From NCBI GenBank assembly GCA_964486335.1, contig CAZAMB010000005.1, positions 100,008 to 164,007 of the forward strand: 64,000 nucleotides of DNA, in the 5' to 3' direction. The position numbers and the translations under genes are program-made. The notes beneath the pieces are model-generated. The model was not told where the DNA came from. It made no database searches and saw nothing but the letters and a program-made list of their open reading frames with translations. This document shows, one piece after another, positions 47,448-55,816 of this stretch (its first letter is position 1; each line of letters opens with the position of its first letter). Source of the stretch: an uncultured Phycisphaera sp. Lineage in GTDB: Bacteria > Planctomycetota > Phycisphaerae > UBA1845.

Positions 47448-48604
47448 GACCTGACTCCTTGGTTTAGGGACAAAGTGGAACCGTAAGATTCCCCGGCGGC
47501 TGAATTCTCGAGTTTCAATTGGCGTGCGCGCGCCAGCGCTTGGCACGCTGAACTGATGTCAATTGGGTTGTGATCGGCGTTGATCAGAAAGGCGATGTTT
47601 GCCCGTGCAGGTCTTTGAACCGAAAGCAGTACCGTTTGGACCCCCATACCCCTAAGCCGACCGGTCATTCTCCTTGCTTCGCCTGACGACCGAAACGACA
47701 ATATCTGCACAGGGAAGAGTCCCGGAGATGGCGTGAATCCTGCCGATCGTGTTCCGGCACGAAATCGTCGTACATTGGAGAGGAGCTGCGATCGTCGTGA
47801 GTTGCCGATGCGCTCGTTGGCCGTCAGCGCGTTCGTGGCAGCCCTGATGGACGCCTGGGAAGGCGGACTGCAATGAACTCGAGTCTCGCTGCGCGTTGCA
47901 AACTGCTCGACAATGTCACCGCGACTCGACAGAGCGGCCACCGGCGCTCCGAATCCCTTGGCCAGGGAACTGATCAAGACCAATTCCTTCGCGCGAACGC
48001 CCCACCACTGGGAGCTTCCGCCTCCGCCTAGCCCATACGGCATTGTTCGCGTCGGTCGCGCGCCAAGAACGCCAAGCGCTTGAGTGTCATCTACGACAAC
48101 AAGACCCTTCACGGCTCGCATCTGACGAAGATAGCTTGTAAGAGGTGCAACCCGTCCGCATCGCATACAGGAACCATCAACGACAACCACCGGACGTGAT
48201 GCAGGCCCGCCAGCATCCTGAAGTGATCGACGCAATGACGAAGGGCAATAGTGCCGAAACGTCTGGACAGACGCGCCGCGCGCCGCCGCCCGTTCCAGTC
48301 CCCAGCGTCCGATGGGATAAAGTCCGCTATCCATGAAAAACCGTGCCCCTTCGTCGGCGAGCATGCCGAGGAAGTCCCAAAACAAGTGTAACGTCGAAGT
48401 TCCAAGCAAAGCCGCTTCACAGCCTTGCAGGTCGGCCAACAATTGGGCGACCCGCTTCGCCTCAGCTGACTCATCAAGTGCCGCAGGTCGGCCGGTCGTC
48501 AACTGCTCCCACGATCCCAGCGCCGAACTCGGGTGCCGCATGCCCAGATACTGGGCCGAGGTAAAGTCAAGCACTGGATGATTTCCGTCAACGACCTCTG
48601 CCAC
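47444..48604 (-). CDS. alpha-oxoamine synthase (BioF/KBL)-like class I/II PLP-dependent aminotransferase, divergent
   Basis: 386 aa, SLAKGFGAP matches the S-x-x-K PLP-lysine motif of the AONS/KBL family. Overall pattern of fold-type I enzyme. Confidence 0.65.
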   Translation of the reverse strand: MAEVVDGNHPVLDFTSAQYLGMRHPSSALGSWEQLTTGRPAALDESAEAKRVAQLLADLQGCEAALLGTSTLHLFWDFLGMLADEGARFFMDSGLYPIGRWGLERAAARGASVQTFRHYCPSSLRRSLQDAGGPASRPVVVVDGSCMRCGRVAPLTSYLRQMRAVKGLVVVDDTQALGVLGARPTRTMPYGLGGGGSSQWWGVRAKELVLISSLAKGFGAPVAALSSRGDIVEQFATRSETRVHCSPPSQASIRAATNALTANERIGNSRRSQLLSNVRRFRAGTRSAGFTPSPGLFPVQILSFRSSGEARRMTGRLRGMGVQTVLLSVQRPARANIAFLINADHNPIDISSACQALARARQLKLENSAAGESYGSTLSLNQGVRS

Positions 48605-50261
48605 CCGTCAATTGCGATTGCAGCCGTTGGCTTAATAGCACTGAAGGCATGGTCGCATTCACCATTCCACTCACCGGCTGAGCTGTCAGATCAACACCCG
48701 TAGCCGCGCGGTAAGCATGGAGGTAACCCTGAATTTCCGGCTTCCAATATCGAGCCCATGTTCGAGCGTGTTCCTGGTCTGTTAGGACATTCCAGTTTCC
48801 ATACCGGATCGAGAGCAGAATCCGTTCTCCGAGGACGCCCAAATCGCGAAAATGGGTGACCGTTACGTCGCTCCAACCCTGAACTCGTTTCATCGCGTCC
48901 ACGCGGCCCATCCACGGTTCCGCATAGGGCACCATGATCCGAGTGCCGAGGAATTCGCGCATTTCGGGTCGGGACAACAACCACTGCTGCATCATCATCT
49001 CGACTCGCGCTGTCCACGGCAGATCCCCGAATTGATTGTGCGCCCCTTGGGCAAGCAGCAAATGGACTTCCTTTAGCGCGTTGAGAAGAGGGAACCCGTC
49101 GGAAATCACGGTCGTGTCCGAGTCTTCCTGAAAAAACACGGAGCTGCGATACAAAAGATCGTGAAATGCTTCGAGAAACTTTGAACGGTTGTCGGCCGGA
49201 CGCATGGTCGAAACGGCCTTGCCCGCGAGCGCCAGTCCGTAGTGGTGGCTATACTCATAGGCTCGGCGAGGAACCGTGAGGCGATGGACTTCGTCCTGGA
49301 TGTACCCCCAAAGAAAGTTGTTGAGTGGCCTCAGCGGATCGATTTCCAACTCGGCCAATGGGTCGCGACCTGCGCCGCGCCGTTTGTTCTGGAATCGAAG
49401 GCTGATGGCGTTCAATGTTTGCGCCAACATCCCTTCTTCGTGCCAATACGACCAGATCAGTTCCAGCAGGCATGGACAAGAAGATTTCGCGCAGAGGATT
49501 TTCCCGTCACAGAAGGCCGAGGTAGCCGTCTGTTCTCGCCAATTCTCACCGAAGGCAGCGGTTAGAATCGTGTTCAAGTAATTGATATCCTTCGTTCGCA
49601 AGTAACTCGCCAGCTTGTCGCTAATGTCCTTCAGGGTGCCGCCCGGCAATGGGAAGTCATCCTCCAGACGTTTGACTTCAGATCCGGGGTCATCCTTTTC
49701 ACCCCATCCTTCGGTCTCGGCGCATGCGCATGGATCGCAATTACTCTTTTCACCTGCTTCTTGTTGTTTCTGAGCAGATGCGCCTTCGCGTGTTGTCGAT
49801 TCCGGATCGTCGGGTTTACGATAACAGGGATCAGGCTTTTTCTTTTCGGGGTCCAGAAACTCATCAGGATGCATTCCCTTTTGAAACGGCCCGCATGTGC
49901 AGCCGCAGCGGATGAGCAAAAACGTCTCCGTGGCCGTCTTCAAAAGGTCGTAGGCGTCCATGCCGTGGATGCAGGGTTCCTTGCTCAAACTTTCTCGCAG
50001 CCTTCGTTCCGGGCAGCAGTCGGGATCTTTGGTGTCTTTGTCGCAGAGCACTCGATCAATAAACTTCGCGTATTCCGAGAACGATGTCCGTTCCGAAGCA
50101 GTCCGAATCCACATCCATAACGGATACGTGTCGTCCCGTTTGAGCGGGGATCTCGAAAGCGAAAAGGTGCCGGACGCCGGCTTGGCAAAATCGCCAGAAA
50201 CACTTACCTTGACTCCCTTCGCCAGCTCTTTACCTTCAACAATAATCTTTCCTTCAGCCAT
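48588..50261 (-). CDS. hypothetical Cys-rich protein (557 aa), no recognisable family
   Basis: Strong RBS aaggag 7 nt upstream. Multiple CC/CxC clusters (DPDCCPE, IRCGCTCGP, CDPCACAE, CAKSSCPCL). Local GC is visibly lower than the flanking core genes. Confidence 0.6.
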   Translation of the reverse strand: MAEGKIIVEGKELAKGVKVSVSGDFAKPASGTFSLSRSPLKRDDTYPLWMWIRTASERTSFSEYAKFIDRVLCDKDTKDPDCCPERRLRESLSKEPCIHGMDAYDLLKTATETFLLIRCGCTCGPFQKGMHPDEFLDPEKKKPDPCYRKPDDPESTTREGASAQKQQEAGEKSNCDPCACAETEGWGEKDDPGSEVKRLEDDFPLPGGTLKDISDKLASYLRTKDINYLNTILTAAFGENWREQTATSAFCDGKILCAKSSCPCLLELIWSYWHEEGMLAQTLNAISLRFQNKRRGAGRDPLAELEIDPLRPLNNFLWGYIQDEVHRLTVPRRAYEYSHHYGLALAGKAVSTMRPADNRSKFLEAFHDLLYRSSVFFQEDSDTTVISDGFPLLNALKEVHLLLAQGAHNQFGDLPWTARVEMMMQQWLLSRPEMREFLGTRIMVPYAEPWMGRVDAMKRVQGWSDVTVTHFRDLGVLGERILLSIRYGNWNVLTDQEHARTWARYWKPEIQGYLHAYRAATGVDLTAQPVSGMVNATMPSVLLSQRLQSQLTGGRGR

Positions 50262-50285
50262 GATTTTCTCCTTCGTTCGACGGGA

Positions 50286-51614
50286 CTATGAGGCCCGTGC
50301 GATTGTTTTCTGTGTTCGACCGACGAAAACCCTGCTCCGCGAACAACGGACACAAGCGCCAAACGTGCTTCGAAGCGCCCAATGACTGAGCAATCCACTC
50401 ACGAGGCGACTCTCTTCAACCGGATTGAGGACGCCGTACGCTTTTGCTTGTCCCAATACGGCGAACACAAGCGACTCCGGAGCGGCCCGCAACTGTTCTG
50501 GAAATCGTCGCCAGGTCTGAAAGAGTCTCATTAGGCGATGTGGTTGCCGCTCCTCGACACCGAGGACTTCCCCCAGAGACAATCCCCTGAGAGACTTCGG
50601 TCGATGATGTGTCAACAACGCCACAAAACCAGGAATGCTTGCCTGTAACGCGTTGAATAGCGCGAAACGTCTTGGGTCAAGCTGCGTTGGCGGATAAAAC
50701 GCGTCCCACATCCTCGCGAAATGTTCCCATTGCGGATGTGGATAGAGCGCTTGTCCGACCGCACAACTGAGCTTGACCCTGATCCACGGGCTTGGGTGCG
50801 GATCGTCAAGGTTGATTCGAAAAACGAATCCACGCGGCAGACTGACTACACTCATCAATCCCATGGTGGACGTGATGCCCAACTTCGCCACGGACCAGAA
50901 GTCGGCAACAACCTCGGAAATCCACCGCTCCCAGGCCAGCCACGCAAACGCTTCTGCGCTCCCTTTCTTCCGCATTCCCAGAAGAATTGGCCGGAAGGAC
51001 GGAACCAGTTTCAGCAGTTCCGCTGCCTGATGACCGACCTCGTGGACCAAAGACGATGCGATTCCGCTGCCTACCATTCTCTCCCGCGGCACGCGGATAA
51101 TGGCAACGGGATTGCGCCCGCCCGTGGGCATCCGCGTTCGCGCCCGCCGTATCGCCGCGCCGGGTCCGCGGTCCAGGTAACAAATCACCGGCGGTTCCGA
51201 GTAGTAGCCGCCACCAAGGTGCAATGCATCGGCGGCAAACGCATCCAGTCCGGATAGCCAGATTCCCGTTTCATGTTCGCTGCGTTGAGTGATTGCATCC
51301 GCAAACAGATCAAGATCCGAAAGGACGGCGTTGAACCGCAATCGGAGGAGTACGAATCGCCGCTGCGCTTCCTCGGCGGAGGACAACCGCCCATTCGAAC
51401 CCTCAAGCCACGCCAGAAATGCAACGACTTGTTCCCGCAAATTGCGTCGCCCTTGAAGCAAGTACCCGTCGATGGCTCTTTGCGCGGTTGAGGAAATCGC
51501 CGCGGCGGTTACCGAAGTGATTTGCAGCGCGAATGGCTTCACGATAGCCAGTCGTGTCAGCAGGGCACGGGCTTCCTGCGCAAGAAAACAAGTTGTGTTG
51601 GAACGCATGGACAC
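50286..51614 (-). CDS. hypothetical protein with HExxH zinc-metallopeptidase-like motif (442 aa)
   Basis: LVHEVGHQAAEL motif. GTG/ATG start with gggag RBS. No family recognised. Confidence 0.6.
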   Translation of the reverse strand: MSMRSNTTCFLAQEARALLTRLAIVKPFALQITSVTAAAISSTAQRAIDGYLLQGRRNLREQVVAFLAWLEGSNGRLSSAEEAQRRFVLLRLRFNAVLSDLDLFADAITQRSEHETGIWLSGLDAFAADALHLGGGYYSEPPVICYLDRGPGAAIRRARTRMPTGGRNPVAIIRVPRERMVGSGIASSLVHEVGHQAAELLKLVPSFRPILLGMRKKGSAEAFAWLAWERWISEVVADFWSVAKLGITSTMGLMSVVSLPRGFVFRINLDDPHPSPWIRVKLSCAVGQALYPHPQWEHFARMWDAFYPPTQLDPRRFALFNALQASIPGFVALLTHHRPKSLRGLSLGEVLGVEERQPHRLMRLFQTWRRFPEQLRAAPESLVFAVLGQAKAYGVLNPVEESRLVSGLLSHWALRSTFGACVRCSRSRVFVGRTQKTIARAS

Positions 51615-51620
51615 GACTTG

Positions 51621-52289
51621 TCAAACTCCCAACAGAATGATGCGCCGACCGCGGCGAATCCAGCGACCGCTCTGCCCCGCACTCGAAGTGCTCGCCAGCC
51701 CAGTGTTCATGAGGCCTGGCGCATGACGTTGAGCCGCGGCGGCCAGGGCCGACTTTGCGACGATTCGGGGATCAGTGGTATGTGGGGATGCGGCGGCGTG
51801 CTGAGCAGCGGCGCCGGCCAAGCGAACGAATCGTCGGGCGATTTCAAATTCCTGATCTTCGCCGCTGAGGCCCTCAAATTCCAAGCCAAACAGCTTGCCG
51901 GCCGCGGATCCGGCGGCACTTCCAAGCGCCGTTCCGACACCGGGGATCGGGATGAGTGACCCCAGGGCGCCTCCGGCAATCGGCAGAACCTTCTTGGCGA
52001 TGCCTTTGAGGATTCCGCCAAGCGGACGGAAAACGCGAGGAGCGATGCGCTTAATCCCCTTCCAGGCGCGCTTGAACAATTTGCCGAGGAATTCATCGAT
52101 TTCCTGGTCGCTCGACAATGTGAGCAGTTCGGAGGCGAAATCAACTTCTTCGTCCTGCGTAAATGGTCCCTCGCCGGTCCCGAAATCTCCAAATTCTTCG
52201 AAGACTTCAAAATCGCTCGTTTCACCGCCGAAACCATCGGTTTCCCCGGTGTCTTCGAAATACGTCTGAGTCTGGTCTATGTCGTGCAT
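51621..52289 (-). CDS. hypothetical protein (222 aa): acidic N-terminus, Gly-rich amphipathic middle, C-terminal GRWIRRGRRIILLGV motif
   Basis: Strong RBS aggag 7 nt upstream. Paralogous to the next gene upstream. Confidence 0.55.
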   Translation of the reverse strand: MHDIDQTQTYFEDTGETDGFGGETSDFEVFEEFGDFGTGEGPFTQDEEVDFASELLTLSSDQEIDEFLGKLFKRAWKGIKRIAPRVFRPLGGILKGIAKKVLPIAGGALGSLIPIPGVGTALGSAAGSAAGKLFGLEFEGLSGEDQEFEIARRFVRLAGAAAQHAAASPHTTDPRIVAKSALAAAAQRHAPGLMNTGLASTSSAGQSGRWIRRGRRIILLGV

Positions 52290-52301
52290 GTGTTTCTCCT
52301 C

Positions 52302-53291
52302 TTAAATGCCAAGTGCTACGATGGTGTGTCCCGTACGCATCCACCTGCCGTTACCGGGCCGATGAATGGCATAACTGATCCTTGATTCATCCTCGGTTTG
52401 GTCTTCCTCAGGTGCGACAGGAGGCTTGTTGCTTATGCCGAAACCTTGGTCGATCGAATCCTGAATGACGCTTCCACAATGTTGGGCACATGCCGCACAA
52501 TCGCACTCGATTGGCTCCACGGGTTCCGGCGCGACACCGGCGGCCGAACGTGCCCCACCATTGCTCGATGACGACGGAAAAGAAGATGGCATGGACGTTT
52601 GCGCAGGCCGTGTTCCGCTGTCGGTCGGAGGAAATTCCGGCCCATGGGATGGCTTTCCTGTGCGATGCCGCCATCTCCGTTTGCGTCGAAGCTGCTCGCG
52701 AAGAACGCGGAGTGCTGTTCTAATGGCAGGCAAAGCAGCATTTCTCGCGTGTTGTGTACGAGACAGCCGTCTCGCCAACCGACCTGCCAATCGTCCAAAC
52801 CGAACAGCTCGACGTGCTCTCTCAAGGTCCTCTTCATCCGTTTCGAACCCCTCAAGACTGCCATCAATGAACTCCCGAAATTGAGCGTTCAAAGACTCTG
52901 ACGGATCGCCCATGGGCGACGACGCGATGAAGGGTACCCGGCGAATGCCATCAATTGCGCTCTGTACTTGCGGCGTGATGAACTTGGCCAGACTATTCGT
53001 CGTTGAAGTGAGTGACTCCCCGCATTTGCCTAATGTCGCGAGCACAGCTCTGGCAATCTCGTTGCCACTGACCGCTCCTAGCAGGTCAATTGCCAGTTCT
53101 TCTTCGTTTTTTTGGCGATCGTACATAGCACAATTCAATTGGATTGGACTCGCGCATGGGTCCGAACTCAGCTGTGAAAGAAAGCAAGTTCCATGCCAGA
53201 AAAACTGGGCCAATAATGGGCATTCTGGCGAAGTGTACTTCGCAACGACTGATGAACGGTGCAATTCAGCGAATCGCGCTTCGCCGATCAT
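52302..53291 (-). CDS. hypothetical protein, paralog of the 222 aa protein; C-terminal GNGRWMRTGHTIVALGI motif
   Basis: Shares an acidic segment (EGFETDEEDLERARRAVRFGRLAG vs EGLSGEDQEFEIARRFVRLAG) and the terminal motif with the downstream gene. Start is either 53291 or the internal Met near 53125. Confidence 0.5.
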   Translation of the reverse strand: MIGEARFAELHRSSVVAKYTSPECPLLAQFFWHGTCFLSQLSSDPCASPIQLNCAMYDRQKNEEELAIDLLGAVSGNEIARAVLATLGKCGESLTSTTNSLAKFITPQVQSAIDGIRRVPFIASSPMGDPSESLNAQFREFIDGSLEGFETDEEDLERARRAVRFGRLAGRLARRLSRTQHARNAALPAIRTALRVLREQLRRKRRWRHRTGKPSHGPEFPPTDSGTRPAQTSMPSSFPSSSSNGGARSAAGVAPEPVEPIECDCAACAQHCGSVIQDSIDQGFGISNKPPVAPEEDQTEDESRISYAIHRPGNGRWMRTGHTIVALGI

Positions 53292-53542
53292 TCTGTTCGC
53301 TGTTGTCCAGTGAACGAAACAGGCCGAGGTGTTATGGGATTCCGTGGCCTGTGGTCAATGGTATTGGATAAGGCAACGAATCACTCGTTTCGAGGTGAAT
53401 CGGACGTTTAAAGTGACGAATCCTGACTTGATCCTACTCGATTGCTCCAATGCTGGGATGAATACTCATTTAACAGATCGCAAATGGCTCTTGGAAAGAA
53501 ACGTGGAAGGGGTTTCCGCATTCTCCGTAACTCTTTGGTTTT

Positions 53543-53613
53543 GCGCGGTTTAGAACTCGCTGCGTTCATGTTGCCTACGTAAATGTCGAGGGTTCGAGTT
53601 CCTTCACCCGCTT
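53543..53613 (+). pseudogene. decayed copy of tRNA-Gly(GCC), with similarity to the 3' flank of the intact tRNA-Gly continuing to about 53720
   Basis: 3' 45 nt gttgcctacgtaaatgtcgagggttcgagttccttcacccgct align to the intact gene with 4 mismatches. The 5' half (D-arm) is scrambled. A further ~110 nt downstream align at about 75-80% to 42382..42490. Confidence 0.6.
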
Positions 53614-53656
53614 TGTTTGACGCGCCGTGCCAGCGAGTGACATCGCGGTCCAACTC

Positions 53657-53863
53657 TTGACCCCAGCGCGAGTTACGACGACCGATTCTTGCCTTTCCCA
53701 GGTTTACATTTCATGGTCGCGTTTCGAGCTGTCTAAGCGGGCGGGCGTCCCGTACAGCGGAATCCACCGCTTTATCAGCTACGACCGCGACCTGACCCTG
53801 ACAACGGCGTCACGGCTGGCCGACGTGCTGGGGCTGGAATTGCGCCCTGCAAAAGGAAAGTAG
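53657..53863 (+). CDS. small XRE/Cro-type helix-turn-helix protein (possible excisionase/regulator)
   Basis: LSKRAGVPYSGIHRFISYDRDLTLTTASRLADVLGLEL matches the HTH_XRE pattern. Immediately upstream of the integrase. Start codon uncertain (candidate TTG at 53657). Confidence 0.4.
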   Translation: MTPARVTTTDSCLSQVYISWSRFELSKRAGVPYSGIHRFISYDRDLTLTTASRLADVLGLELRPAKGK

Positions 53864-53870
53864 GTGCATC

Positions 53871-55340
53871 ATGCCGAGAGTATTCCGGCAAAAATACACG
53901 CAACCGACGGCAGACGGAAAACGAAAAACGCGACAAAGCGCTAAGTGGTACGTCGAGTACCGCGACGCCCAAGGCATTCGGCGTCGGGTTCCGGGGTACA
54001 CCGACAAGGGCGCGACCCAACAGCTCGCGGCGGAGTTGGAACGAAACGCGGAGCGACAGCTCGCGGGTCTGGTCGATGCCTTTGCCGATCATCGAAAGCG
54101 CCCTTTGCGGGAACACCTGAATGATTGGCACGGCGCCTTGATCGCACGCGGCGCGTCGCGCGATTATGCCGACTTGGTCAAGAGCCGAGCGACCAAGGCG
54201 CTGACAGGTTGCGGATTCGTTTTCCTTGCCGACGTATCGGCATCCGACCTGCAAGCCTATCTGAGCAGGTTGCGAAGCGACGGACTGAGCATTCAAACGG
54301 TCAATTTCTACCTGCAAGCGGTCAAGCAGTTTTTCCGCTGGATGGTTGCTGACCGACGAATGCCCGACAACCCGGTCGCGTACCTGCGCGGGGGGAATGT
54401 CCGAACGGATCGTCGCCACGATCGACGCGCACTCGACACTGATGAACTGCGATCGCTACTCGACGCTACGAAGAATGGACCGGAACGGTTTGGCATGAAG
54501 CCTGATGCGCGGGCAATGCTTTATCAGCTTGCGGTTGAAACTGGTCTGCGGGCCACCGAACTGCGAACGCTGACTTGGGATTGTCTGGACTTGGAAGGCG
54601 ACCTGCCGACGGTGACGGTCAAGGCCGGTTATAGCAAACACCGGCGAACCGATACCCTTCCTTTAAAGCCGTCTACGACGCAAACGCTGGCCCGCTGGAG
54701 CAACGAACTCGGCAACGTGGACCCAACGGCACGCCTTTTCAACATGCCGCCCAAGGCCGCGAAAATGCTCCGAGCTGATCTGGCCGACGCTGGCTTACCG
54801 TATGCCGATGCTGATGGGCGCGTGGCCGATTTTCATTCCTTGCGGCACACTTACATTTCCAATCTGGCCCGTGGCGGTGTTCATCCAAAGATCGCCCAAC
54901 AGCTTGCCCGGCATTCGACCATTACGCTGACGATGGATCGCTATTCGCACACGGTTTTGGGCGAGCTATCAGACGCACTGTCGGCCCTGCCGGAGCTGGA
55001 CGCCACGCCATTCGAGCAAGAATCGGTGAGAGCGACCGGCACCTGCGGCAACCCCCAAAAATGCTTACCGATTTCCTTACCGAAATCCTTACCGAAACGC
55101 GGTGCGCGGCGAGAGTTGTCCCATTCATCGGCGTGCAATGATCCAACGCAAACCGCGAAATTCGACCGGCAAGAAAATCCTATGAATATAGGTATTTCCT
55201 GCGCTTCCACGCGTGACGACGCGGGTGTGTTCGTGGAACAATCCCGACTGCGCCCGGCGGGATTCGAACCTGCGACCCCCGGTTTAGGAAACCGGTGCTC
55301 TATCCAACTGAGCTACGAGCGCAACAATCGGCTAGTATAA
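53871..55340 (+). CDS. tyrosine-type site-specific integrase (phage integrase family)
   Basis: N-terminal SAM-like core-binding region and C-terminal catalytic box HSLRHTYIS (HxxR) ... LTMDRYSH (catalytic Tyr). The open frame continues ~130 aa past the Tyr, through the antisense tRNA-Arg, to the first stop at 55340. Confidence 0.85.
   Translation: MPRVFRQKYTQPTADGKRKTRQSAKWYVEYRDAQGIRRRVPGYTDKGATQQLAAELERNAERQLAGLVDAFADHRKRPLREHLNDWHGALIARGASRDYADLVKSRATKALTGCGFVFLADVSASDLQAYLSRLRSDGLSIQTVNFYLQAVKQFFRWMVADRRMPDNPVAYLRGGNVRTDRRHDRRALDTDELRSLLDATKNGPERFGMKPDARAMLYQLAVETGLRATELRTLTWDCLDLEGDLPTVTVKAGYSKHRRTDTLPLKPSTTQTLARWSNELGNVDPTARLFNMPPKAAKMLRADLADAGLPYADADGRVADFHSLRHTYISNLARGGVHPKIAQQLARHSTITLTMDRYSHTVLGELSDALSALPELDATPFEQESVRATGTCGNPQKCLPISLPKSLPKRGARRELSHSSACNDPTQTAKFDRQENPMNIGISCASTRDDAGVFVEQSRLRPAGFEPATPGLGNRCSIQLSYERNNRLV
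55249..55322 (-). tRNA. tRNA-Arg (anticodon CCT)
   Basis: Minus strand GCGCTCGTAGCTCAGTTGGATAGAGCACCGGTTTCCTAAACCGGGGGTCGCAGGTTCGAATCCCGCCGGGCGCA. Anticodon stem CCGGT/ACCGG with loop TTCCTAA, T-loop TTCGAAT, acceptor with one G-U pair. Confidence 0.8.
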
Positions 55341-55588
55341 CGGTCCACTGGCCGAAAGCCCGTTACCTAGACCCCTTCCCATCGAGCCTCGTTTACAAAC
55401 GAGGGTTTACTAGTTATCGGACCTTATCGGCTGAAACCAGTCCGGTTTTCTCAATTGAGTCACTGGCGGAATCCGAAATGGTCGAATACGATCATGCCCC
55501 CTCCGTGATCGTGGTATTCGATCGCTTGAGGGTTATGTTGCGTGATGGCGTTGTTTTCCGGTGGCAGTTTGCGTAGATAGGAGCTTTC

Positions 55589-55786
55589 GTGATCAAAGTC
55601 CGACCCCGAGGGAATGAATCAGTCCAGCAATTGCTCAAGCGGTTTAAGCGCCTTTGTCAACGAGAAGGACTGATTCGCGACATGAAGCGGCACAGCTACT
55701 ACGAGAAACCCTCGGATCGAAAGAGACGTCAGTCCCGCAAAGTTGTGCGCAAGGTTGACGTGGTTGAAACTCCGCGGGCGCGCTGA
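55589..55786 (+). CDS. rpsU: 30S ribosomal protein S21
   Basis: 65 aa, MIKVRPRGNESVQQLLKRFKRLCQREGLIRDMKRHSYYEKPSDRKRR is the canonical bS21 sequence. Confidence 0.9.
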   Translation: MIKVRPRGNESVQQLLKRFKRLCQREGLIRDMKRHSYYEKPSDRKRRQSRKVVRKVDVVETPRAR

Positions 55787-55816
55787 TCGGCTAGCATGGA
55801 TTTGAGGAAGTTCTTC

